Assembly (NCBI GenBank): GCA_965221495.1
Contig: OZ244896.1
Coordinates: forward strand, 2,225,471-2,289,470
DNA length: 64,000 bases
DNA from: Alphaproteobacteria bacterium
GTDB taxonomy: Bacteria; Pseudomonadota; Alphaproteobacteria; TMED109
Reading direction: 5' to 3'
This document shows positions 26,493-35,596 of this stretch, one piece after another; the first letter of the stretch is position 1; each line of letters begins with the position of its first letter. The notes beneath the pieces were generated by a model. That model saw nothing but the letters and a program-made list of their open reading frames with translations, ran no database searches and was not told the DNA's origin. The position numbers and the translations under genes are program-made.

Positions 26493-29400
26493 GTGACCCG
26501 ACCTCACGCCGCACTGCTGCTGGTGCTGTCCTGCAGCTGGTCGCTGCCAGCGCTGGGCGACCAACCGCCGACCTCGCCAAATCTCGGACGCGAAGCCCCT
26601 GAGGAAATCGTCCGGCAGATGGACATTTCGATCGGCCCGGACGGGGCGACCCTGCCCCCCGGTTCCGGCTCGGTCGCGGAGGGTGAAGCGGTGTACCAGG
26701 CGCAGTGCATCGCCTGCCACGGCGCCGAGGGCGGCGGTGGCGACGCCGACATGCTCACAGGCGGTGTGGGCACGCTCGGTACCGCACAGCCGGTGAAGAC
26801 CGTTGGATCCTACTGGCCCTACGCGACGACCCTTTTCGACTACATCCGGCGCTCCATGCCCCACAACGCGCCGCTGTCGCTGACGGATGACGAAACCTAT
26901 GCGGTCACAGCGTATCTGCTGTGGACCAATCAGATTGTGGGTCAGGATGTCGTGCTGGATGCGGAGACGCTTCGGGCCGTGCAAATGCCGAACCGGAAGG
27001 GTTTTGTGGACGCGTGGGGACCACCATGGAAGCGCGTCTGGCACACGTCGGGGCTGAGTGTTTTGGCGGTGGCGCTTCTGATCGGGGCCGTCATCGCCTC
27101 TCTCGCGTTCGCAGACCCGCTCACCCGCAGGCCGCGGCTCTACCGCACCGTCCGGGTCGGGCTGCTCGCAGCGACGCTGATCGGGCTCGGCGGCTGGTTT
27201 GGCGTGCAGCCCGGCCTGCAGGAGATTGCCAACGCCGCTGCGACCGCCACGGCGGCCGGTGATTGGCGGCCGCTTCTGGGCATTCCCGCACTTGTCCTGA
27301 TCACGGTGTTTGCTCTGGTCGCGCTCGTGCTCTGGGGACGCGGCGCCTTCTGCGGCTGGCTTTGCCCGTTCGGGGCGCTCCAGGATTTCCTGTACCGGAT
27401 CGCCCGCCTGCTGGGCATTCCCCGCTACGAACCGCCGGGGCGGGTCCACCACACACTGCGGTTCGTGAAGTACGCGGTCCTCGCAGGCATCGTGTTTGTC
27501 GCCGTGTTCACGCCCGCCATGCTCGGCCCGGTCCTGGCGGCGGAGCCGTTTTCCACGGCGATCAATCATGCCTTTCTGCGTCCATGGCCGTATGTCGCAT
27601 GGGCGGTGGTCTGCCTGGGCATTGCGCTGTTCACCGAACGCGCGTTCTGTCGGTACCTGTGCCCGTTTGGTGCAGGCCTCGCGATTGGCGGGCGACTGCG
27701 GATGCTGAACTGGTTGCGGCGGCACCGTGCATGCGGCACCACCTGCACCAACTGTGAGCCGATCTGTCCCACTCGCGCCATCCGCACCGACGGCACGATC
27801 GATCATTCGGAATGCATCCAGTGCCTCCGGTGCCAGGAAGCGTATTTCGATTCCGCCTTTTGCCCCGCAGCCAAACCGCCCAAGAGGCAATCACGCACTG
27901 CCGGACAGGCAGCCGCGGCCGTCTTGGTGGCCGGACTTGGTCTGATAGCCGTCGATCAGGCCTCCGCCGACATGTACGACCCGCTGTCCACCCGACTCAC
28001 GCCCGGCGTCGTAGCCAAAACCTTTCCCGGGGCTGCGAGCGTGGAGGCGCCGGCCGGAGACCCTCCGGCGGCGGCAGTTGTGGACGGCGATGCTGTGCAG
28101 GGCTGGCTGTTTTCGACCTTCGAGACGGTCAACCCTCGCGGATATTCGGGCGAACCGTTTGATATCATTGTTGGTCTCGATCGCGCAGGACGCATCACTG
28201 GGTCCGCCGTGCTGGAGCTCCACGAACCCATGGTCGGGCCCAGCCTGATCCCCCAGACGAAGCTCGAAGACCTGTTCGAGGGGCTTCGGAACCTCGACGT
28301 GCGGAGGCCTGTGCGCTTTTCCGGGCGCGGTGTGGACGGCGTTCGCGGCGCGACCATCAGTGCGACCCTCACCTACAACGCGATCGTCCTCTCCGCCCGC
28401 AAGATGGCACGGATGCAGGGGCTGCTGGGTGACGAGGAAAACAGCGGCCCGTTCCACCTTGACCTCGACCGTTTCGAGTCGCGTGACTGGCAGGCGCTTC
28501 TCGACTGGGGCGGGGTGGTTGGCGGCCGCTTCACGGCCTCGGACCTCGGCCTTGCAGCCGCCGACGACGCTGGCGACGCAGGTGAGCCGGTGCTCTCCCT
28601 GTACGCGGCACTGGCGACGCCCGCCGAGGTCGGACGCAACCTATTCGGCGGCCAATGGTTCAATCACCACGTCTCGCAAATCGGCTACGGCGACCAGCTC
28701 CTTGCCATCCTGGGCGCCGGCAGCATCTCTTGGCGCGGCAACGCGTTCCGGAGATCCGGCCAATACGACCGCATTCGCCTGATCCAGGGTGAGCAGTCCT
28801 TCCAATTCACCAAATCGGAGGCGCTGACGGCCACTGCGGTGCGGACCGAGGGTCGCCCCCTGTTCTCCGAAACCGGCCTGTTCCGGATCCCGCGCGAGTG
28901 GAAGTTCAACCCCCTGGAGCCGTGGACGCTGGCACTCAATGTTCCCGAGAACGCCGGCGGAGGGGCTGTAGCGATTGAGTATCGGCTGCCGCAGGAACTC
29001 ATCGGCGGCGATCCGATAGCCCTCGAAGACGCCGGACTGCGGCCTCTCCAGACCTCCTACCTCGGACTCGTCCGCACCAGCGCACTCTCAGGCTGGCAAC
29101 GGGTTTGGGCGGAACACGACGAAGCCATCATGGGCCTGGTCGGGCTGCTGGCCGTCCTGACAGTGCTCGTCGCCTGGCCCCAGGTCATTTCACGCAATCG
29201 GCGTGTCCATCTTTGGGTCCGGCTCGGATTTCTCGCAATCGTCATCGGCTGGCTCGGCTGGGGCGCGAACGCCCAACTGACGATCGTCAACGTGCTGACG
29301 TATGGCCAGGCCGTATTCACCGGTGGCTGGATCAGCTTCCTCTACGAGCCTCTCATTGTCATCATTGCGGTCTACACACTGGTCTCGCTGTTCATGCTCG

Positions 29401-29987
29401 GCCGCGGCGTGTTTTGCGGCTGGCTCTGCCCCTTCGGCGCATTGCAGGAACTCCTGGCCCGGCTGGCGCGTACGCTGCGGCTGCCGACGCTGACGCTCGG
29501 AGACACCGTCAACGAGCGGCTGTGGGCGCTGAAATACGTCGTGCTGGCGGCACTCGTGGGCAGTGCCGTGACGCAGGGCATGGGCAGCACGCAGGCACTG
29601 GCAGAAGTCGAGCCGTTCAAGACCGCCATTACGCTGCGTTTCGACCGCAGTTTGCCGTACGTCGCCTATGCGGGCGCACTGCTGGCGGTGGGCCTGTTCG
29701 TGGAGCGGTTCTACTGCCGTTTTCTGTGCCCTCTCGGCGCGGCAGTGGCTGTCATCGGCAAGCTGCGCATCTTCGGCAACCTGGTGCGCCGGGCGGAATG
29801 CGGGAACCCGTGCCGGCTGTGCGAACGCGCCTGCCCGGTCCAGGCCATTCCGGCGAGCGGCGCCATCAACATGAACGAATGCTTCCAGTGCCTAGACTGC
29901 CAGGTCGAGTATCACGACGACCAGCGCTGCCCGCCGCTCGCGCAGCTCCGCCGCTCGCTCACGCCGAGTGTTTCCGCGTCTGGCTAG
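26493..29987 (+). CDS. 1164-aa fusion: secreted mono-haem cytochrome c, a NapH/NosR-type membrane FeS module, a NosR-type FMN-binding periplasmic domain, and a second NosR membrane/polyferredoxin module
   Basis: N-terminus has a signal peptide plus CIACHG ... RRSMP. Module A: FCGWLCPFGALQDF, FCRYLCPFGAG, CGTTCTNCEPICPTRAI, CIQCLRCQ. The FMN_bind-like region reads GYSGEPFDIIVGLDRAGRITG ... VDGVRGATISAT. Module B: FCGWLCPFGALQEL, YCRFLCPLGAA, CGNPCRLCERACPVQAI, CFQCLDCQ. Confidence 0.8.
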   Translation: MTRPHAALLLVLSCSWSLPALGDQPPTSPNLGREAPEEIVRQMDISIGPDGATLPPGSGSVAEGEAVYQAQCIACHGAEGGGGDADMLTGGVGTLGTAQPVKTVGSYWPYATTLFDYIRRSMPHNAPLSLTDDETYAVTAYLLWTNQIVGQDVVLDAETLRAVQMPNRKGFVDAWGPPWKRVWHTSGLSVLAVALLIGAVIASLAFADPLTRRPRLYRTVRVGLLAATLIGLGGWFGVQPGLQEIANAAATATAAGDWRPLLGIPALVLITVFALVALVLWGRGAFCGWLCPFGALQDFLYRIARLLGIPRYEPPGRVHHTLRFVKYAVLAGIVFVAVFTPAMLGPVLAAEPFSTAINHAFLRPWPYVAWAVVCLGIALFTERAFCRYLCPFGAGLAIGGRLRMLNWLRRHRACGTTCTNCEPICPTRAIRTDGTIDHSECIQCLRCQEAYFDSAFCPAAKPPKRQSRTAGQAAAAVLVAGLGLIAVDQASADMYDPLSTRLTPGVVAKTFPGAASVEAPAGDPPAAAVVDGDAVQGWLFSTFETVNPRGYSGEPFDIIVGLDRAGRITGSAVLELHEPMVGPSLIPQTKLEDLFEGLRNLDVRRPVRFSGRGVDGVRGATISATLTYNAIVLSARKMARMQGLLGDEENSGPFHLDLDRFESRDWQALLDWGGVVGGRFTASDLGLAAADDAGDAGEPVLSLYAALATPAEVGRNLFGGQWFNHHVSQIGYGDQLLAILGAGSISWRGNAFRRSGQYDRIRLIQGEQSFQFTKSEALTATAVRTEGRPLFSETGLFRIPREWKFNPLEPWTLALNVPENAGGGAVAIEYRLPQELIGGDPIALEDAGLRPLQTSYLGLVRTSALSGWQRVWAEHDEAIMGLVGLLAVLTVLVAWPQVISRNRRVHLWVRLGFLAIVIGWLGWGANAQLTIVNVLTYGQAVFTGGWISFLYEPLIVIIAVYTLVSLFMLGRGVFCGWLCPFGALQELLARLARTLRLPTLTLGDTVNERLWALKYVVLAALVGSAVTQGMGSTQALAEVEPFKTAITLRFDRSLPYVAYAGALLAVGLFVERFYCRFLCPLGAAVAVIGKLRIFGNLVRRAECGNPCRLCERACPVQAIPASGAINMNECFQCLDCQVEYHDDQRCPPLAQLRRSLTPSVSASG

Positions 29988-30190
29988 ACGCCTCGGCGAA
30001 CCGGCTTGAAGTTGGCGAGGGATGGCGAACCTTCTATATTCCGCCCTCACGAGAGGAAGGGCCCTCCCAGACTTCGTGGCGTAAGCAGCGGAGTATTTGC
30101 GTTGTTGTGCGGCCGGCAGTGGATGTCGGTCAGACTCCGTTATTTGGACCCGGCCTCGCATTTTGGATGCTGAACGGGAGGAAATACCTA

Positions 30191-31915
30191 ATGCATCTTC
30201 TTTCGAAACTGACGATGGCCGCGGTCGGCGCCGCTGTAAGCCTTGGGCTTGCGACGTCCGCATTCGCGCAGGGCATCGACATTCTTGCGGCTCCTAAGCA
30301 GCAACCGAACTACGTGTCGGATGACATGCTCATGAACGCCGACAAGGACCCGATGAACTGGCTCCACTACGGCCGCGACTACGAAAGCACCCGGTACGCG
30401 CTGCAGACAGCGATCAACCAGGACAACGCCAAGGATCTCGAGGCGGAGTGGTACCTGTCGTTCGGAACTCTTGAGGGGCAGGACAGCCAGGCAGTCGCCG
30501 TTGGCGGTACGGTCTACGTCACGACCTCGTTCAACCGGGTTATCGCTGCTGACGGCCAGACCGGTGTCATCAAGTGGAAGTACGAGCACGAGCTGCCGGC
30601 CGACGTTTATCCGCAGCTCTGCTGCGACGTCGTAAACCGCGGCGTTGCTCCCTACAAGGACAACGTCTACCTCGCCACGCTCGACGCTCACCTTGTCGCG
30701 CTTGACAACGCCACCGGCGATGTCGTTTTCGACAAGACGGTTGGCGACTACACGTACGCCGAAACGTTCACCGTCATGCCGATGGCCTTGCAGGGCAAGA
30801 TCATCATCGGCACCGCGGGTGCCGAGTATGGTGTCCGTGGCTGGGTCCGCGCCCTTGACGCAGAGAACGGCGACACCGTCTGGAACACCTACACCATCCC
30901 GGCCGAAGGCGAGCCCAACAACGACACGTGGGCCGGTGAATCGTGGAAGTACGGTGGCGGATCCGCATGGATTACCGGTTCGTACGACAAGGACCTGCAC
31001 CTGCTGTACTGGCCTGTCGGCAACCCGGGTCCGGACTTCGACCGGCACGTGCGTCTGGGTGACAACCTGTACTCGAACTCGACGATCGTCCTTGACCCTG
31101 ACACGGGCGCGATCAAGTTCTGGTTCCAGTACACGCCGAACGACCCGTATGACTACGACGGTGTCAACGAGGTCATCCTGGCCGACATCGACGGCAAGAA
31201 GGTCTGGCTCCACGGTGACCGCAACGGCCACCTCTACTCCATCGACCGGACCAACGGTAAGTGCAACTGGGTAGTCCCGCTCGGCCGCATCAACTGGACC
31301 CCCGGGTTCAAGGACAACTGCCGTCCCATCATGGCTTGGGAAGAAGGCGGCGATCCGATGATGGACGTGGTCTACGACCGGCGCACCAACGACATTGCTC
31401 CGTCGCTCGACGGCGGCAAGGAGTGGCACCCGATGGCCTACTCCCCGCGGGTGAACATGGTCTACGTGCCGACCTACAACTTCTCCATGGATCTCCAGGC
31501 GAAGAAGATGGAATGGCGTCGTGGCGAATGGTACCTGGGTGCCAAGGTCCTCACGTTCAACAAGGGCAACGGCGCCGTCAAGGCGTACGACGCGTCCACA
31601 GGTGACCTGACCTGGATTCGCCCCCACAGCACGCCCGCGACGGGCGGCATGATGGCGACCGCCGGGGGCCTGGTTTTCTACGGTGACGCCGAGGGCTTCT
31701 TCCACGCAGTCCGCGACGACACGGGTGAGCAACTCTGGTCCTTCAACGTTGGAACCGGCGTGCACGGCAACCCGACCTCCTACACGGTCGGTGGCAAGCA
31801 GTACGTCACCATCGTGGTCGGCGCTGGCGGTGGCGGCATCTGGCCGCTTACGTTCGGCGAGTGGCTCCAGAACCACACCAAGGGCGGCGGCTTGTTCGCC
31901 TTTGGCATCGACTGA
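30191..31915 (+). CDS. PQQ-dependent alcohol/methanol dehydrogenase with the lanthanide-type Asp (XoxF/PedH-like)
   Basis: Signal peptide, a vicinal Cys pair (QLCCDVVNRG), W-motif propeller repeats, and DPYDYDGVNE. In Ca-dependent MxaF the corresponding residue is Ala (DYAG); Asp marks Ln-dependent enzymes. GGGAGG precedes ATG 30191, and the ORF-track extension back to 29105 was rejected. Confidence 0.88.
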   Translation: MHLLSKLTMAAVGAAVSLGLATSAFAQGIDILAAPKQQPNYVSDDMLMNADKDPMNWLHYGRDYESTRYALQTAINQDNAKDLEAEWYLSFGTLEGQDSQAVAVGGTVYVTTSFNRVIAADGQTGVIKWKYEHELPADVYPQLCCDVVNRGVAPYKDNVYLATLDAHLVALDNATGDVVFDKTVGDYTYAETFTVMPMALQGKIIIGTAGAEYGVRGWVRALDAENGDTVWNTYTIPAEGEPNNDTWAGESWKYGGGSAWITGSYDKDLHLLYWPVGNPGPDFDRHVRLGDNLYSNSTIVLDPDTGAIKFWFQYTPNDPYDYDGVNEVILADIDGKKVWLHGDRNGHLYSIDRTNGKCNWVVPLGRINWTPGFKDNCRPIMAWEEGGDPMMDVVYDRRTNDIAPSLDGGKEWHPMAYSPRVNMVYVPTYNFSMDLQAKKMEWRRGEWYLGAKVLTFNKGNGAVKAYDASTGDLTWIRPHSTPATGGMMATAGGLVFYGDAEGFFHAVRDDTGEQLWSFNVGTGVHGNPTSYTVGGKQYVTIVVGAGGGGIWPLTFGEWLQNHTKGGGLFAFGID

Positions 31916-31944
31916 GTAGGTTCGCTTAGCCCTACTTTGTTTCG

Positions 31945-31980
31945 GGGGAAGGCGGCTCGTCCGCCTTCCCCTTTTTCTTC
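31945..31980 (+). terminator. Rho-independent terminator after the PQQ dehydrogenase gene
   Basis: An 11-bp perfect stem GGGGAAGGCGG / CCGCCTTCCCC with loop CTCGT, followed by TTTTTCTT. Confidence 0.72.
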
Positions 31981-32031
31981 CCATTTTGCATTGCACTGGA
32001 CCGCCCAATTCCCCTTTCGGAGTCGACCCCT

Positions 32032-32856
32032 GTGAAACTTATTTCCACCTGCGCCGCTGCGTTTGCTTTCGTGTTGGCAGCATCGGCGAGCAGCATGGCC
32101 GAAGACGCGCTCGACAAGATCGAACAGCGCGGCGTCTTCACGATTTGCGCGGACCCCTACAATTGGCCGCACAGTTCGTCCTCGGACTATCCCCGCGGCT
32201 TCGACGTGGAGATCTTCTCGCAGATCGCAGCCAACCAGGGCTGGCGTGTCGAGATGTACTGGTCCAATACAGGCACGCGCGGCGGGCTTGGCCGGGCGCT
32301 GCGGAATTCGATTTCCAAGGGACGGTGCCAGGTGTTCACCGGGATCGCGATCGATCCCGATTCGATCGACGAGATCGGCGAAAAGGACCTGACCTTTTCA
32401 GCACCATACCTCGGCCTCGCCTACGTCCCCGTCGTCGACCCGCAGCTTTCCGGGCTGGCCTCTCTGGCAGAGATTGCCGAACAGACGGAAATCGGCGTTG
32501 CGATGTCAACAGTGATGGACGGGTACCTGATCGACAACGGGATCGAACGGGAGCTTTATCTCGGCAACCGGCGGGCGCTGGATGGACTCCGCAACGGAGA
32601 AACCAAGGCCGTCATGATCTGGGCACCGGCGCTGGCCATTGAAAATCGACGCCACAAGGATTCAAAATTTGCGCTGGTGGAAGCTTTCGAGCCAATTCAG
32701 GGCCTGCGCTGGAACATCGGCGCTGCAATTCCCCGGGCCGAGACCCGGTTGCTTGAACTGGTAAACGCCGAGTTGCGCACGATGCTTGATGACGGAACCA
32801 TCGAGGCAATTGTGTCCGAATATCAAATTCCTTTTTTCCCGCCCTTCCCGGACTGA
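32032..32856 (+). CDS. Quinoprotein-dehydrogenase-associated periplasmic binding protein (XoxJ/MxaJ-like, SBP family 3)
   Basis: Signal peptide, then GVFTICADPYNWPHSS ... GFDVEI .... Position next to the PQQ dehydrogenase supports the call. GTG start at 32032. Confidence 0.72.
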   Translation: MKLISTCAAAFAFVLAASASSMAEDALDKIEQRGVFTICADPYNWPHSSSSDYPRGFDVEIFSQIAANQGWRVEMYWSNTGTRGGLGRALRNSISKGRCQVFTGIAIDPDSIDEIGEKDLTFSAPYLGLAYVPVVDPQLSGLASLAEIAEQTEIGVAMSTVMDGYLIDNGIERELYLGNRRALDGLRNGETKAVMIWAPALAIENRRHKDSKFALVEAFEPIQGLRWNIGAAIPRAETRLLELVNAELRTMLDDGTIEAIVSEYQIPFFPPFPD

Positions 32857-32882
32857 CCACCGCAGCATTTCAGGACTCCACC

Positions 32883-33353
32883 ATGGACCTTCATCTAATT
32901 CGCCGTCTGTCAACCGTCATTGCCACCGCAGCGGTTCTCACAATACTGTCCGCGCCACACGGAATTGCCGCCGAGGATCTGGGATACGGAGGCGAGGACG
33001 ACATCGAAAATCCGTTTGAGGGCGACCCTGCGGCAATCGAGCACGGCAAGGAACGGTACGGCGCGCGCTGCGCATTCTGTCACGGCAGCCGAGGAATTGG
33101 AGCCAAAGGCCCTTGCCTCAGTTGCAACAAATTCAAAAAGGGCGGGGGAAGAAACCTCGATATCTATTCGGTGATTGCCGGCGGGTTGACGATCAACGGT
33201 CGTCCGACCCAAATGGGGGGATTCTCGCGCACGCTTTCGGATGAAGACATCTGGGCGATCATCGCCTATTTGCGCTACGAGTACGAGAGCCGGCGGTCAG
33301 CCGGTGAGTTCGAAGAGGGCTACAACCCCGTCGCTGCCGAAGCCGGCCGCTGA
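32883..33353 (+). CDS. Secreted mono-haem c-type cytochrome (XoxG/cytochrome cL-like role plausible)
   Basis: Signal peptide, CAFCHG haem motif and a downstream Met region (RPTQMGGF). Confidence 0.72.
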   Translation: MDLHLIRRLSTVIATAAVLTILSAPHGIAAEDLGYGGEDDIENPFEGDPAAIEHGKERYGARCAFCHGSRGIGAKGPCLSCNKFKKGGGRNLDIYSVIAGGLTINGRPTQMGGFSRTLSDEDIWAIIAYLRYEYESRRSAGEFEEGYNPVAAEAGR

Positions 33354-33395
33354 AGCGGCCGCACCTGGCCGCGAGAGAACCTTACCTCGCGTCGA

Positions 33396-34196
33396 TCACG
33401 GCGTTGCACCGGACCCGCCGTCGGGCAGATGGGGGCGGATTTGGCTTTCAGTCGCGGAGCCGGGTGCTGTGGTGTCAGCGGCCGCGAACGCGGGTTCCGA
33501 TCCCGTGCGGTTCTGCAGCGCCACCGGCAAACCGATTTCCCGCAATAGCTTCTGCTGGATGGCCGCGGCAAAGTCCCGGTAGTCGTCGGCCACCATCAGA
33601 AACGAGCCCACGCCGCCAATGACGCTGTGCTCAAAATAATTGTCGAGAAACGGCTCCTCGTTCACAATTGCAAGACCATTGACGGTCACACCCTGCTCGA
33701 TCGCCAGATCACGAAGGGTCATCGGGTGCACCCCGTTATTGGCCCGCCCGTCGCCTGACACATCGATCACCCGCCTGTTGCTTTCAATGCCGTTGCTCTC
33801 GAGCTCCTGCATGGCGAATGCGATCGCTCCCGCGATTGATGTCTGACCTCCAGGAATGGCCCGGGGCGCGCTTCGCAGCAGGCGCGAGTACGCCGCGGCA
33901 TCGGCTGTGCTCCGGATAATCTGCCAATCCGTTACCGACGCCTGCTCCCGATTGTCGGACCATTGCACGACCGTCACAGCCAAACCGCCCGGACCCATCG
34001 CACCAATGGCGTCAAGCACCGCCGGGTGCCGGAATGCAGCTGCAATGCCGCCCATCTGCAGGCGATATTCCCTTTCATCGACACTCGATGACACATCAAT
34101 CGCAATAATCAGTTCCATGTCCACGGATTCAGCCGCGACCGGGAATCCCGCAGTTTGCAGGACACCCACGCACAGAAGTGTCGGCCAAAATTTCAT
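33396..34196 (-). CDS. DUF1194-family secreted vWA-like protein with a MIDAS motif
   Basis: Signal peptide MKFWPTLLCVGVLQTAGFPVAA, IAIDVSSSVD (DxSxS), VIDVSGDGRANNG and VTVNGLAI. Confidence 0.75.
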   Translation of the reverse strand: MKFWPTLLCVGVLQTAGFPVAAESVDMELIIAIDVSSSVDEREYRLQMGGIAAAFRHPAVLDAIGAMGPGGLAVTVVQWSDNREQASVTDWQIIRSTADAAAYSRLLRSAPRAIPGGQTSIAGAIAFAMQELESNGIESNRRVIDVSGDGRANNGVHPMTLRDLAIEQGVTVNGLAIVNEEPFLDNYFEHSVIGGVGSFLMVADDYRDFAAAIQQKLLREIGLPVALQNRTGSEPAFAAADTTAPGSATESQIRPHLPDGGSGATP

Positions 34197-35596
34197 CGGG
34201 ACACCGGTTCGTCCGGGTGCAATGCCGCCAGCGCCCATGCCGCCGCCGCACGGACATTCTCCGACGGATCGTCCAGGGAGGCCCGCAGGGCATCGACCGC
34301 ATGGTCGGCGCCCACACTTCCCAGCGCTTCAGCCGCCAGCGCCCGGACCTGTGAATCGGAAGCCGAAAGATAGGAAAGGATGTGGGGCGCTGTCGCTGAC
34401 GCAGTTGGACCAAGCTCGATCACCGCCTGGAGAACACCGGTCAGAAGAAGGGGGTCACCGTACTCCAGCACCACGGCAAGTTCGGAAACCGCGTCGGCAC
34501 CCATATTTCGAATCGCCTGTACAACTGCCCAGGACACATTCTCGTCCGGATCGGCCAACGCCGATACCAGGTCCGGCGTAATTTCCGGTCCCACTCCCGG
34601 CCCCATCAGACCAAGAGCGTCGGCCGCCGCTCGGCGGATCCGCGCTTCGGTATCACGCAGGAGCGGCGCCACCTGCTCTGCCCCGGACACACCCGCATCG
34701 CCGAGATCCGCATACCCCTTGACCGCCTCGTAGCGCACCACGGGCTCAGGGTCGGACACGGCTTCGCGAAATACCTGGAGCGCAGCTTCCACGATGGCCC
34801 GACGAAGAGACGGATAGCCCCGCATCCGTTCCGCCGATGTCATTGCCTTCGGCCAGACCTCCTCCTGAGGATCGGTGAGCCATCCTGTCTCCCCAGGCCA
34901 GTCCCTGTCACCCGCAATCCGGCGGATGCAGAGCACTGCTGCGGCTCGCAGCTCCGGGTTCGGATTCCGGGCAAGCGGGGTGACGCGGGGAACCGCAACC
35001 CCGGCTCGCGCTCCATGTGCGGCCAGCGCTTTCAAAGCGTTGAATTGCTTCTCTAGGCTGGGATCGTCGAGCACCTGCATCAAGGCGGCCACCGCCACCG
35101 GCCCCATCTTGCCGAGGGTCGACGCGGCAGAAGCACGAACGGCAGGTTCGGGATCGTCCAGAAGTTGGATCAGAGCGGGCGTCGCCACGGCTGCCTTCAG
35201 CCCAAAGCTCTCCATGGCGCCGGCAGCGGCCCAGCGAATGTCCGGGTGCGAATCGTCAAGAAGTTCAACCAGGGCCGTAATCGTGCGGTGGGCCTGGCCG
35301 CTGATCCGTTCGAGCGCGCGGATCGCCTGAATCCGTACCGCTAGATCCGGATCCCGCAACGCAGCCACGATCAGTGCATCAATGGCGGTGTTCGCATTCG
35401 ATCCGAGTGCACCCAACTGGACGGCGGAATGGGCGCGCTCATCGGTATCAGGACTTTGGAGTTCCTCGATCAGCCGCGCGACGTCGTCAAGCGATGCCGC
35501 CTTGGCAGAAACTGAAAGCACCAGTCCGCTCAACAGCGGCAGCAGGCTCCGACCTGCGCGACGCAGAACACATTCGACAGCACCCATGACGGTCAT
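34193..35596 (-). CDS. Secreted HEAT-repeat (PBS-lyase-type) protein
   Basis: Signal-like N-terminus (LLPLLSGLVLSVSAKA). Many repeats follow the pattern D.D..VR..A..ALG.....A...L...L.D (for example DPDLAVRIQAIRALE, DSHPDIRWAAAGAM, DPEPAVRASAASTLG, DPSENVRAAAAWALA). Confidence 0.75.
   Translation of the reverse strand: MTVMGAVECVLRRAGRSLLPLLSGLVLSVSAKAASLDDVARLIEELQSPDTDERAHSAVQLGALGSNANTAIDALIVAALRDPDLAVRIQAIRALERISGQAHRTITALVELLDDSHPDIRWAAAGAMESFGLKAAVATPALIQLLDDPEPAVRASAASTLGKMGPVAVAALMQVLDDPSLEKQFNALKALAAHGARAGVAVPRVTPLARNPNPELRAAAVLCIRRIAGDRDWPGETGWLTDPQEEVWPKAMTSAERMRGYPSLRRAIVEAALQVFREAVSDPEPVVRYEAVKGYADLGDAGVSGAEQVAPLLRDTEARIRRAAADALGLMGPGVGPEITPDLVSALADPDENVSWAVVQAIRNMGADAVSELAVVLEYGDPLLLTGVLQAVIELGPTASATAPHILSYLSASDSQVRALAAEALGSVGADHAVDALRASLDDPSENVRAAAAWALAALHPDEPVSR

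Noticed and set aside
29105-30190. N-terminal extensions of real genes in the ORF track: 29105 for the PQQ dehydrogenase, 41875 for carB, 52520 for the MopB enzyme, 46922 for the LysR gene, 8297 for DUF3299, 55845 for DUF3179 and 23335 for the methyltransferase.
   Set aside because: The extensions overlap upstream genes (or the tRNA 3' exon) and have low-complexity translations. Internal starts with SD sequences, stop/start overlaps or signal peptides fit the conserved protein N-termini.
33354-33395. Hairpin GCGGCC-GCACCT-GGCCGC between the convergent cytochrome c and DUF1194 genes. A similar case is GGCGAAG-CGGAGC-CTTCGCC at 60412-60431, after the pentapeptide-repeat gene.
   Set aside because: The stems are short and there is no downstream T-run. 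They may still terminate transcription, but the evidence is too weak to list them as terminators.
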